Assembly: GCA_021613535.1 (NCBI GenBank)
Contig: CP075494.1
Span: forward strand, 8,494,001-8,558,000
DNA from: Adineta vaga
Taxonomy: Eukaryota; Animalia; Rotifera
Length of the DNA stretch: 64,000 nt
Direction: 5' to 3'
The position numbers and the translations under genes were made by a program. Below are positions 12,930 through 26,567 of this stretch, piece after piece. The notes under the pieces were generated by a model. The model searched no databases, was not told the origin of the DNA, and worked only from the letters and a program-made list of their open reading frames with translations. The number at the start of each line of letters is the position of its first letter. Position 1 is the stretch's first letter.

Positions 12930-15081
12930 TTAATTCGTCTTATCAACCTTAGTCGATGGTTGAGATGAATCGGATTTTTTTGTATGATTTCCACGAAATG
13001 AACGAAGGTATTCGGGTGATTCTAAATGATTTTGTAGGAAATTTTTAATTGCTAATAAACAATATGCATCAGTTGCTGAAAATAAAGATCAAAACTAAAG
13101 AAGAAAACGAACAAAATCTAAATTTTTTCCTTACCAGCATAATGAATTTGAGCGGTTCTTAGTGGTCGTCGTTCCCAATTCGAACATTGTTCAGACTTAT
13201 CCAATGCTTTACCAAAACAAAGACGAACCAATTCACTCAGACCTTTATCTTTCGATGGAGTATTATCCGTCATCACATATGGAAAAATATCTCGTTGAAT
13301 AAGCATTAACTAAAAATAACAATCGAAATATAAATAATTACACGAAACTTCTGTCGATATCTACATCATGTTGTACTAAAGATAGATCTAATAAAGTCTT
13401 TCCGGAAGCGAGTACTTGAGTGAATATTGGATATGATGAAGTCAACATTGATGCATCTGCTCGAAAACCATAACCTAGAATTTCGTTATAATAAAAAGAA
13501 AAGAAAAGATGAATAATTCATTTTTGAATCAATTTGATGAACGTACAGAGTATTGTCACATGATCATCATCGAATAATCGATCTGCTAAACGTTGTTGAA
13601 TACTTTTCGAATCACAGGTACGAAAAAAATGAAACATATCAAGTAAAAAGATATGATCATCAAATGCAATTTGCATCACACTAATACGTTGTTCAGAAGT
13701 TGTTGTATTATTGAACATAGGTTTCCATTCACCTAAATAAAGAGAATTCTATGAAATATCAGGATCTCATTCTGATACACTCTCGATAGATGAATGAAAA
13801 ATCCTATTGTAAATGTATAAAGTAGATTAACATACAATCAAATCCAATATATATATCTTGATGTTCGCTATTAACGTTGAATAATCGATCAAATAAACAT
13901 TCATATTTCGGCATTGAATCAACAAAAGTTATTTGAGAATCATTCAATGGTATTTTGTAAAAATTTGTAGATATATTTTGTACAAAATTTTGATTTAATG
14001 AATTTGTTGTTGGTTTAGTTCGAATATATCTTTGCATCTATCGAAAACAAACAATAAAGCGTGATAGCGAATGATTTCTACATACCCAATGTGGTAATGT
14101 ATGCAGCGGTCGATTGGATTGAGTTACTAAAATGATTTGAAGATAAATTATCAAATAATGAAAGAAATATTAGTTGAAGATCTCACTCCAATGTCTAACA
14201 GTAACAATATCATCTTTATTGATCAATTGCTCTAATAAATATTCTAATAAATCAGTCTTTCCTTGAATAATTTCCTCGACCATTTCATTCCAAGCATCAT
14301 TACTCATTGGTTTTTCATCAGTTGATCCACTATATTTTACATTAATCAAATAATTTAATGTTCGTTTATGTTGTAACAAAGCTAAATTTGGATATTTATC
14401 AGCTCGTTCATGTCCATAAAGATTCCAATAGCGAACTGTTAATTTTCCCAATGCTTTCTTATTAATATTCGGAACATTCATATTAAATTCTTCAGCTAAT
14501 ATTCTTCCAATTGATTTGCCATCATTTCGATACAAAAGATTTAATATGTTCAAGAAATAATCTTCTAACTCAGGAAGTTTATCAATAAATAAATGAATGA
14601 AATGATCTTTCGTATTTAAAATTAATGGTAAAATAATTTCTTTCGGAGAAAATTCGAGTTGATATTGAAAGTTGACAATAATATTCAATGCACGTTTGTA
14701 TGAATTCGAAGTGATTGATTCATGTAATAAACTACGAAGTAAATAGAGGAGATTTTCTTTTGATATTTGAAATATTTCACAAAAATCTTTTAAAAATGCA
14801 ATTGGTAATTTATTTAAAATTAAATGATTCATTAAATTTTCATCGATATTTGAAATTGATGATGTTTCATTCGATTGATTTCTCCATTGAAGAAATGACT
14901 GTATTAGACAATGAATTAAGTTCGTATTTTGATGACTTGATTCGGATAAAAATGATAGATATTCAAATAAATCATTATAACATTGATTAGATTGATTGAA
15001 ATGATCAAAAGCTATCTCCAACGCTTTTGCATCATCATGTAAATGAATTTGTTCAGATAAACTTGTTAAGAACGAAGACAT
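12930..15081 (-). CDS. EXD3: mut-7/EXD3/Nibbler-like DEDDy 3'-5' exonuclease
   Basis: Helical N-terminal domain, then spliced exonuclease motifs YIGFDC|EWKP (ExoI), ISVMQIA, GLSELVRLCFGKALDKSEQCSNWERRPLRTAQIHYA|ATDAYCL (ExoIII). Stop at 12930-12932. Confidence 0.85.
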
Positions 15082-15269
15082 GAACTTGAATGAAATGAAA
15101 TGGGAAAAAAAACAGAACAATCTATCGATAAAATCTTCATTTGCATAAAAACGAGCAAATGTATTTGCATTCGAAGACAGATGGCAGCATATATTGATGA
15201 AAGAATTGATTTACATGAGATTTTATTGAAACAACAGAAAAATTATGTGAAATAAGAATGTTTTCTAGT

Positions 15270-17428
15270 TTAGGTTAGTATTATTTCATTTTCATATCCA
15301 ATATCATTAGTAGCAATATGTTCCATCCGATTGTTATAATCTTTTGAATGAAATTTACGCCAAACTTGTCCACTATTGAGTTCTGCATAGATTTCATCAA
15401 CAGTCTTTGCTTTTGTTTCAGGTACGAAGAAGAATGTGAGAAGAAAAAATATCAACAAAAATCCAGTAAATAATAGAAATGTATATTTATCGAGAACACC
15501 CTAAAATTAAAGACGAAGAAAAGTTCAAAAAGGTGTCTGTTTTCAATTTTTTCATTTACTGTAAAAAGCGGTTTGAAACCGAGGCCAACGGCAAAATTAG
15601 CTAACCAATTCACAAGTACTGCAATACTTGATGCTGGTACTCGATAAACTTGATTAAATAATTCCGATGTAATCAACCATGGTATTGAACCAGGACCAAT
15701 AGCAAAAAATGCGACGAAAAGAAATGTCGTAATTAAGGAAATTTGATTCCAAACCTTCGTTGATTGTACAATTAATGAAATGAAAAGTATCACGCTTGTG
15801 ATTAACATGCCACCAATACCAATTAAATGTAACGGACGTCGGCCAAGACGATCCATTAGAAAAATACTAAAAATTGTGACTACAATATTAGCACCACCTA
15901 AACCTAAATTGGCATATTCAGCTGTTTGTTTATTAAAGCCAGCTGATTGTAAAATAACAGTTGAATAATAGAAAACAGCATTGATACCAGATAATTGTTG
16001 AGATAATTGAAGAAAGACAGTAATAAATAATGCCCAACGAACAATTGGTGTTTGAAATAGATCAATCCATCGAGCCTAAATAAAAATTAAGTTTTGTTCG
16101 AAAGAAATTTCGAAAGAGAGAATCTACAGATTTCTGTTGATGATTTTGTTCATCTCGCATTTCAGCTATTTCATTTTCAAGATTAGAATCTTGTCGAAGC
16201 CATTGAAGAGCTAGAAAACAATGTAGAATATTTTTATTCTAAAAAACACAGCAAACCTTTTTCTGTTTGATTTATATCATTTTTCTTCAATAATAAATAT
16301 TTCGGACTTTCCGGTACGAGAAACAGTAAGATCACTTGTAAAATACTAAACACAATTGGTAGACCTAAAGACACTCATTTTGCTTTCGAATGAAAATACA
16401 ACAACTCATTTTTACCCAAAGCATAATGCCATTTATCTTCAGAACCTAAGATTGGATATAAACTAATTCCTTGTGAAATAAATAGAAAGACCACTACTCC
16501 TAATTGAAAAATAACTCCTAATGTTCCACGTAAATGTTTTGGAGATATTTCATTGATATACATCGGTGCTACTGACGATCCATATCCTTTATAGAAATAT
16601 TTTAATCAAGAAAAATTTTCATAAAAACAAAAATTATTACCACAAGAAAGTCCGATAAAAAATCGTCCGATAATAAGAAGTTCATATGTATGAAGAGGTT
16701 TTGAAATAAACATTAAGATACAAGCAATAGACGAAATGATATTATTAATAAACATTCCACCTTTTCTGTATTGAAAAACAACCCAGATAAATCAATGTAT
16801 TGTAAACTAAATTTACCGTCCTAATCGATCGGTTATGAAACCTCCGAATATACCACCAATAATACCACCGACGGCAAAAATAGATACGGCAAAAGAACTA
16901 AAATAAAATATAATTTTATTCAATGATAAAAATTAGAAAACAAAAGTTTTATTTTACATACAAAATCAATGTTATAGTCGATTTATTGAAATTAGAATTT
17001 CCATTACGTCGATGATTTGTTTCATTAATAAATGCTTGAATAACCTACATATTAATTCATCAGAAGAAAATAATTCATCTATTTCAAATCTACTTACATC
17101 TTGCGGTGAATTCCTATAAGAAAAAAAAGAGCGTAAACGATTCTTTTCATCAATATTAATAAGTTCCATTCACTTACATTACACCTGAAGCATAACCAAA
17201 ATGAAAAGATGATCCCGAAACAGCTGCCAATACAGCTAAGAGAAGTGTACTTGTAATACCCTATGTATCGATATCAAAAAAAGTATATCAGAAATAAACC
17301 AGACAAACGCAAGAAAATTCAATAGAATAATAATAATAAAAAACTTAATTGTGTACCTTACGATTCGAAGAAGTACTTTCAGAACTTTTATCATAGTTAA
17401 TATGTGTTGAAGATGATTGATTAGTCAT
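15270..17428 (-). CDS. Facilitated glucose transporter (SLC2A/GLUT, MFS sugar porter), multi-exon
   Basis: Motifs GSSFHFGY, DRLGR, PMYINEISPKHLRG, VPESPKYL, QQLSGINAVFYYS, DRLGRR, IGPGSIPW and VPETK, spread over many short-intron exons. Probable ATG at 17428. Confidence 0.92.
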
Positions 17429-20400
17429 AATCTAGAATTTATTAAAACTGTTTGAAAATATGGTCATATTAAGAGATTGTGACGGGCAAAACAAACATTC
17501 ATTAGACAAAGTTATGTGAAATTTCTTTTCTTATTGTATCGATGCATTGAATGACTACGTTTTGAATATGAAAGAGATGATTCTTGACCAATAAAAATAC
17601 GAACTATCGAACAATGAAAGAAATCGTATCATGTCATTGATATTGTTACATGAACTATTCGTCGTCGAAAAGAAAACCAATATTCGATAATCACAGCAAT
17701 TGATGACGTCACAAATAAAACAAACATGTATTCATGATATAGATTTATTTGACAATCAAAAGATGAAAAAGACAGTATCAAGTGAAGATTTGCATATGTA
17801 AGTTTGATGTTATGCAACTGAACTTTTTCTATAGTGAAATCAAAATAAATGAAGTAAAATTCAGAAAATTGATAGATCTATTACGAATGTCACAATCATA
17901 CAAAACCTCGATAATCAATTCATAATAATGGTGATTGTTAAAGTACAGACACGTTCCAACTGAAGGAACATTTCCATTGATAAAATTCAGGGTATTACTC
18001 CTTATCAATCAATAAATTTAGATATTGAAAAATGAAAATATTCAAATATCTACCAAGATCCATAGCACAGAAACCAACATAATATGTGTATGATCGAGTA
18101 ACAAATGATACTATCATGTACTTGAGTCGATGATTTCAATTAGTGTTTTCGAAGGAGAAGAATTATCGATCTAGCTATGATCTAGACCAAACGGAATAGT
18201 TTTAATTTTGTATTTCTATACTTTGTTCATGATATTTTGTCAGTAATGATGAAATAACACATTTATGTGATGCCCGTTGTTCAACTGATTGCAAAATAAG
18301 GTATCCTCTGGAAAATGCTACATAGTAGTATATCACAGCTGGATAGTTTCATCGAATATCTAAGAAAACGTGTCGAAAGAAAATCATGAATTTTATATTT
18401 TTGTTTCTGTTTTTTCGTTATAGAGCTCTTTGACTAAGAAATATGTTTATTGTGAATAACAAATTTGTTACAGATGAAATGCAACAATTGATCAATAACA
18501 ATGGATCGTGAAGTAGGATTTAGTATTAGCAGTAACAGAAATAGTCTTAATAGTCTGAAGTATGTTGTGGAATCGAATCTATCTGATATGCACATCTAAT
18601 TTTGATTTTACATTGGAATTGAAATTCATCAGAAGAACTGATTCTATGTATGTATTTATTTACAACGATGATTATAGGTCAAAAAGTAGAACTTTAGAAA
18701 ACAATCCTTGATTTTATAGCAAACTTTCGATGAAAAATCTCATGTATGTGTTGAGATAGAGATTAGAAGATGAAGATTTTGGTAGTGAATGGCATATTGA
18801 CATTGACACATTTGATAAAAATAACAAAATTGAAGGATTACAAGTGATGAGAAAATAAGACATGATCGTCTTATGAATTACTTATCTCGTACGACTTTTG
18901 AGTTCATATGTATATTTTCTGTATTTCCATAGAATATAGATATCATGCATAAAGCACAAAAATACACTAAAGGAAATCACTTTCACAATCATTTTATTCA
19001 TAATCTCCTGGATGGAAGTTTCCTAAAACGCTTGGAAAATGTTTCGATCCAAATTTTTATTATTAAAATAACATAAGGATAATTCGCTCTTCTAAACTTC
19101 GTATCATTCTAGGTATGAAGAGGGAGAAAAACTATGATCTCTATTGGCAAATCAGCATAACAACATTCATTTGATCAAAACTTCATTCTATTATCTTCAA
19201 CAGACGACAGATGACGAAGTTATATATTTAAAGAACGCGAATTTCTGATCGATTAGGACAGACAAATTTTGTGCATTTAAACCCAATATTTAACACGCTG
19301 TATAACCTTTTCTTTCGGAAAAGAAAATAACTTTAGCATTAATTGATGTGCCAGTGTCAGCATCAAGAATTTTCTTTCGAATAAATCTTTTCTAATATGA
19401 AAACCATTATCTATATCAATAAATTCTAATTGTAACATTACATATTTTCACAAACACCAAGTTTGTTAAATTTAATATTGAGAGTTCATTTGTTGAAGTA
19501 GCTTTATCTTGAAATATTTCACTAAGACGTTTTCAAGTAAATTATTTATTCCTGTATTTGTAGTCACACAAGATAATGAATTTCAATCTATTACTCTTGT
19601 ATATAAAAATGAATTATTAAATATTCATGCTCCTAGTTTTTCTAAATTAATCCATTAGTACCGACATGCATATTAATTTGTCAAAACCCATGAAATGATC
19701 CATCTCTTTATCTGAACAATTTTAGTGCTTAAAAGCTGCTTTTATTAACAGCTTTCTTATCAATAGTAAAAGAATGAGTTCCTTCATTCAAACTATGGAA
19801 GAAATATATAATTTTTTACTTCGATAGATGAGCTTTGAAGTTGTCCTACAAAGGGTCTCACTGATGGAAATCATCGACTCGAAATGGTTAATAAAAACAA
19901 TCTTTTAAAAAAGCAACATAACTATTTATTTTTCCGATCTAGCTTTCTCCTGTTCAATCCATATTAGTCTTAACTTCATCAGAGATTAATAAAATGTTAC
20001 ATATATTATATAAATGATGAACACCAAACACATCCAATATTTGGTTTAGTTTTCTTATTTGTAATACATCGTGTTTTTATCATTACAATCAATCAACTGC
20101 ACATGAGTTGAGTGAATAGTTTTATTAAACATAACTAATTAAAAAGAAACTGCAGATATTCAGTATTATAAGATAAACTTCTCTTTATAGAAATCTCCTA
20201 GAAAAATAATTCATTTCACAAAAAATAATAATATCGGATCAGATACAAAAAACTTTTGTTGTCATGATCTTTCTCATATCTGCTCAAATCTACTCTACTG
20301 TCGGATCAGTTTTCATTATATTATATAAATTTGTGTGAAAAATTCAATCCGTTTTCTGTCACTTCGATAAGAGTCGACAAATATCATTGATGAATCTGAA

Positions 20401-20879
20401 GAGATCTCACTAAGTGTATCTCTGCTCATAAAAAATGGATCTAGTAATCTACAATATCTTTAACCTAATATTTGATATTTTTCCTAGTTTATTTATTGTA
20501 TTCAAGTAATTAATCAATAATTTCAATGTATTTATAAGTAAAATAAACATTGATATCATGGTATATCTACTGGTTGATTGATATGTACTACTGATCCAGT
20601 TCTTTGCATTTTCGTTCTGGATGATTAATTAGAGCATTACTAACAGCAATAAGTAATGAAATACTTCTCAAAAATGAATAGATATACTACTCTTCAATTA
20701 AAATTGAATTGTTTACATACACATTTTGAATGAAGCTAAGATTCATTGAAACAAAACAACACTTAGTAAATTAGATATAGAGTAATGTTTGTTGAATAAC
20801 AACGGTCTGAGAGAAACTATATGAGTTCACATACAAAATATTAATATAAAGAAAGTTTTTCAGATAAATTTAACTATAT

Positions 20880-21891
20880 TCATTTCTTTGCCGATGGTGG
20901 ACGATCGATTTTTTTAGGTACTTCATCTTGTTTTGGATCTGGTGGACTGGCTTCTTTGGGTGGTAAAGCTGCTCGACCAATTTTGAATACAGTAACTATT
21001 TGTGCAAAATGTGATCCTTGATGTTCAGCAAGTTTTAGTTCAAGTTGACTAGGTTGGCGTGAACCATCAGCTCCAGCATAAGTACCTACAATTTATAAGT
21101 ATAATAGAATCATTTTTAGAATTAAATCTACCTGCTCCATAAGCACTACCGCCATGAATCTCATCCATATTTCCTTGCAATGGACTTGAAAAGCCGACTG
21201 GTACCTATCAGATAAAGATTATTCAAAATCATTCAATAAAAATATACTTACAAATACCATACCATGATGGACGAAATTTGTTAATGATGATAACGCTGTT
21301 GTTTCCTGTCTATGAATAGAAAATTAATAGATTTTCAAGTGACATGAAAGATGAATTATCATACCCGCCACCTTGAGTACCCGTAGAAAAGAACACACCC
21401 ACTGGTTTACCAACAAGAGCACCTTTCATCCAGAGTCCGCCAGTTGCATCCCATACAGCTTTAACTTGAGCTGGCATTGCACCAAAACGAGTAGGATAAC
21501 CAAATAAAATGCCATCACAATTGAGAAATGCATCTTCTAATGTTACTTTATTCTCTCCACTTTCACCAAAACTAATAGTAGGTACACCTTGATCTTTTTC
21601 AGGTGCATGCATTTTAGCTAAAACTTCTTTTGATAATGTTTCAGGAACTTGAATTAAATGAGCTTCAGCACCAACTGATTCCACACCTTTAGCAATTGCT
21701 TTTGCCACTAAAGAAAACAAAATAGACGAGAGATTAGTAGTCGATAATAGTTCAGGTGAAAAAACTCATGATTTACTCGTAGAAATATGACCATACATTG
21801 AATAATAAATCACATGAATTCGTGGTTTTACTGTTGCACTAGGTTTAGCTGTCACTGGACCGGACTTTGATGCACTAGAAGCTCGTGACAT
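20880..21891 (-). CDS. wrbA: WrbA-family NAD(P)H:quinone oxidoreductase (flavodoxin-like), 5 exons
   Basis: Motifs IHVIYYSMYGH, QVPETL, GYPTRFG, WDATGGLW, STGTQGGGQET, HHGMVFVP, IHGGSAYGAGT and ADGSRQPS..EL..AEHQG, with four GT..AG introns. Confidence 0.93.
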
Positions 21892-23287
21892 GTTCAGAAC
21901 TTAATGATTTAAAAACTTTGGTGCGTATGTGTGTGTGCGTTATTTTACTCCTATTGACATAAAATGCTAAACTTATGTGAATTCCTTATTTTTTCTTTTT
22001 TCTATCAATTTATTTTATGCATCGTCATTCTCTTCGTTTATGAGAATGACTAAGCCGTTTTTTTCCCTGTTTAATGCATCTGTGAATTGAGAGAAGAGAA
22101 TAGTAGCCATATATGTGGCTGAAAGTACTCGAAGTATTTTATTTTCTACGTTTGTCGAGTAGAAAAAGAAACTTTAACAAACATGTCGTCCTTTTAAAAA
22201 TTTAGAGTTCGCTTATCGATTCAAAGTACGCTCTTATGCAAATATAAGACACTCAAAAAAAAAGACTATTTATGACAATGCAAAAAATAAGTAAATAATT
22301 TATCTACGAATGTTTGCTGCATTCAAATGTAAAATATCCTTCGATATTTCATAGGTCAATTCTAAAGATAGAACATTTACATTACTTCTTTTGATTATGG
22401 GAAAAAAACAATGCTGCTCAAACGATTATTTATCAGTATATATTGCATTATCATCGAATGGGAAAAACATTTTTCACGTGACGTACCTTTTAAGCGGACT
22501 ATGTAAGTTATATTGAGTACACAAGAGTTTCTATCTCTTGGATTCTGTTAATAATAGATATCAGGAAAACGACATTTTAGTACAAATGAAATAGCTTTGA
22601 ATAAATCATGCAGAAAACACACCAGTATTCTCTTTTTAGATAGTTTTCTTTATTCAATCCGGAAATTAACTCGTTATGGCACTCAATTCTTTTGTATTAA
22701 AAACAACCATTCAATAGCGAGATTAAAGTAATTTTTTATGCTTATTGATAATCACCAAAGAAAAGTTCTTAGACATCGGTATTTTTCTGGATCTTTACTG
22801 AATGAATTGGTGGCTGTCACGTAGGGTATGTTGACCTTTGATAGTACATTTAATAATCTTGCGTACTTGACCATCGAAATGCTTTCTTTTTAAATCTTGT
22901 TTTGAAGAATACGAATTAAAGATTGACAGGATATCATCGTTAGTTGTATGTTATACGTTGTATGAATATTAAATATTCTCAAATCAATTAAAACCATCTG
23001 ACAACAATTTTCGTTCCGGAACTGCTTCTGCAGCTTCATTTAATCTTTTCTCTTACTTCGTATTCAAAGGAAATGACCTATTTTCTTTGCTCTTGAACTA
23101 ATTTCATTTGACATTTTTATGAAAATCATTCAATTCTTTTTCTTTTTTGTAATAGTATATTTACTCTGACGAAAGAAAAATACATACATGAACCTATATA
23201 ACGAAATGAACATCGGAAAAAAACAAAAACACGAACATCGGTTGATAATCGAAACTAGATCATACATTGTTCGTTCGTCATGATATC

Positions 23288-24916
23288 TTAATCTAACGCA
23301 AATGATGTTAATAATGAATAGACAAGATTGCTAAATGGTTGTCTTTCGATTAAAATTTCGTCAATATCAGCTCCATAGTTTTGTTGCTCAAGCACATGTC
23401 CTATAATTGATATAAAAAGTTTCTGCGCTTTGATTTCTCCATAGCGATAGATTAAATATGACCATAACATCTGAGTATATTCTTCTTGAGAATGAAAGAT
23501 ATGTCGAATTGTTTCTAGTGATGGTTGATAGGAGTTCACTATTGATACAGAGTTTGTTACTAAAGATGGAGATAGAAATAAAATTATCTGCATCATTTTA
23601 CTAATAATGTTATCAAAACCAATTAAATTATTCAGTCTAAATAATAAATCTGTTGCACGATCAACTAAATCTTGTCCATAAACATATAAATAAACATTAT
23701 GACAAGCTTTTGTTTCATCAAAATGTAGTTGATTACCATTAATATTCATTAAATCCATCGAAGAAAATAAAAGTAAATAACGTAAATTCGTTCGAATTAG
23801 CCATTGCCGATCATTTCCATTCATACCAATAGAAAATGCAGGTATAGTTGTACGAAAAAATGCAGTTAATGATGTTAAATGAACATTTAAAACATTGAGA
23901 AATGAATGTTCTTTTAATCGACATTTGATTGGTTGAGCATTTAAATATTCTTCACGTTCATCTTCAGCATGTAATAATTGATTTAAACAAAAATGTTCAT
24001 ATGCATTACGAATATTTGTTAATTGAATCCAATCGTTCGATGTTGGTAAATGTATCAATGGTGATTTATCGATTTGAAACAATGTTTTCTTTAAATTCGA
24101 TGTCATTTGTTGTTGACTTTTTTCGAATCGTTGTAAACGATTTGTTTTTACTAATTGTAAACGAGCAGCACGTTCTTCATCCGTGCGTATGAGATCTTTT
24201 TGCATACCAACAGCAAAACATTTAGCTAGTCGACATTTCGGACATTGCCGACGTGTTCGTTCATTTACAGCACATTTTCCATCAAAACGGCAAGGCGGTA
24301 ATGACTGAATAGAAAGAACAAATTATGATTACATTTCATTTTCTTTGAAAATTGCTTCGAAATTTACCGAACCGTTACGACCATTTCTTCGAAAAAATGC
24401 TTTACATGTGGAACAAGATATCACACCGAAATTACGGCCGGTATTTTTGTCAAAACCACAAACACGACATGGATCACCAGAGATGTTTGGATTGTATAAG
24501 CTTGAATGCATCTATTTCAAATAAATAAGCATAAGGTAAAAGATCAGTCATCATTGCAAAAGATATTTTTGATACAGAAAAAAAAATATACATCATTAAT
24601 AAATAGCGTACAAAATAAAATCATTGGATAAGAAATTATGTAGAATGTTTCGCACATATATTTCGACGTAGCTACCTGCATATCTGTATGTGGGGAAATT
24701 TGTGACGCAGTTTACCTATGCAACTATGCACATATGCGTATAAACAACAGAAAAACATGACTGATGTTTCTAAACCTGATTTCTATGAAAAGGATGATAA
24801 ATCTTACTAATATTTACCTTTTTTGCAACAGGTTTTTTAAGTAATGAATTATCATTATTGCTTTTCTGTTTGATATATGGTTTGTGATCTATATTATTGA
24901 AATCGTAAGAATTCAT
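23288..24916 (-). CDS. Nuclear hormone receptor (divergent NR1I/J-like)
   Basis: C4 zinc fingers [29 protein letters not shown] and CRFDGKC...[17 protein letters not shown], followed by a ligand-binding domain (23288-24205). The 5' exon with ATG at 24916 is tentative. Confidence 0.9.
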
Positions 24917-26567
24917 AGTTTGTAACCTTCGATTTTGATTGGAATAAGTCACGTCCTTCGAGGAAATATGTTATACACGAATATATTTTGTTCTATTTTT
25001 TTATTCTTTCGTCTAGAATAACAAAATGATTAAAAGAAGAAGAGAAAAAGAATCAAAAGTATTTTTTTCTTTCCTTCATCTACTGACGCCTCCTTTTTTC
25101 TTTTTCATACTGACATCTCAGATTCTTTTGCTTGCTTTTTTTATGTCATTAAGGGCATCTTAAAGAAGAAACGAATTTTACCCAAGTCACTATTCAGAAG
25201 TTAGTCGGTAATGATTGGGCAAATGACTACAAATATATATTATGAAAATGTAATAAACATTGGTTATAAGCTAAACAATCTTCTAACGGAGAGAAAAAGG
25301 ACGTGTTTGTATGTTAAGAACATCATGTAAGTGCAGATTTAAAAATGCACTGCATGATCTTTTTTTTGTAAAATCGTTGGATGTTATATTCACTATCGGC
25401 CTACCTATGTATATAATATAATGATTGTTTCATGCGTAAAATAACGCATACGTATGTATACGGACACGTGCTCTTCTCAAGGTATACTCCGATGTTGTTG
25501 CGATTCGTACATAAGTATGTACTTCATCTGGCAATGTACTGAAGCACTTACTTTTTCTTCCTTTCTTTTTTTTTCTTTTCTTCACATTGCCGACAATACG
25601 CTAATAAGTCCTTTAGTGCGTGGCGACAGGAGAAAAAATAGAAGAAAAAAGAAGAGACGTAAAAGAATACTGACGAAAAAAGAAGCTATAAGAAAAAAAG
25701 AAACGGAGTAAACTCCAAATAGAACTGAGACGTTTTTAGGTCGGTTCGAAGTACATGTATCACATTAGTAGAATCATATATATATATCTATTCTTCTATA
25801 CAAATATATACATATATATATGTAAATACATGTGTAAGCATCGAAAGAATGTACTTAAAAGACGCACTCATCATAGCACAGATGAATAATGAAAAAAAAT
25901 CAGTCAAAAATTCTTTATCAGTGTCATTTCTAGGTCAAAAATGAAACAAAGTAACTAGTCAATTTCATCAACGTAGATATCTCAAATGTCTTTTCCAGTG
26001 CTTTATTTTTAGAAAGTATCGACTTTCTAGTGTCTCATGGCTCAGTAACATATCCACGTGTATGTCACACGTGATCTCTTTTTCTTCGCTTCCGTTTCTA
26101 AATAGAAAGTTCCTGATGTTTTAGACGTCGTCCATGTAAACCATATTTAAATATTTTGTAGACATTTCTTCAAATAGAATTCTTACCGTTATTACATATA
26201 TATATATATATACAGAGAGAGAGAGAAAGATTCTTTTCGAAGCAAAATAAGAAAGTTTAATTTACTTTTTTCATCTGACATTATTGATTTTATGTATTCA
26301 GTCGTGTTGCATCTGTCGGTCTTTTTTCTTTTCTTGGACAGTTTACAATAAATAGATATTGGTTTATTTATATCTCTTCTAACGACTAAATATAGTCGAC
26401 CTCACGATGTTCTTTAACATATTTAGACAAATCGAGTACATTTAAGTTGATCGTTCTATCGTATATATTTCGATGTCCTTGAATACAAATATTCCTGAGT
26501 ATTAAGAAAATCATTACTTTTTTTTCTATTGTCTAAACATGATATATTCATGCAAATAGAATCTTAT

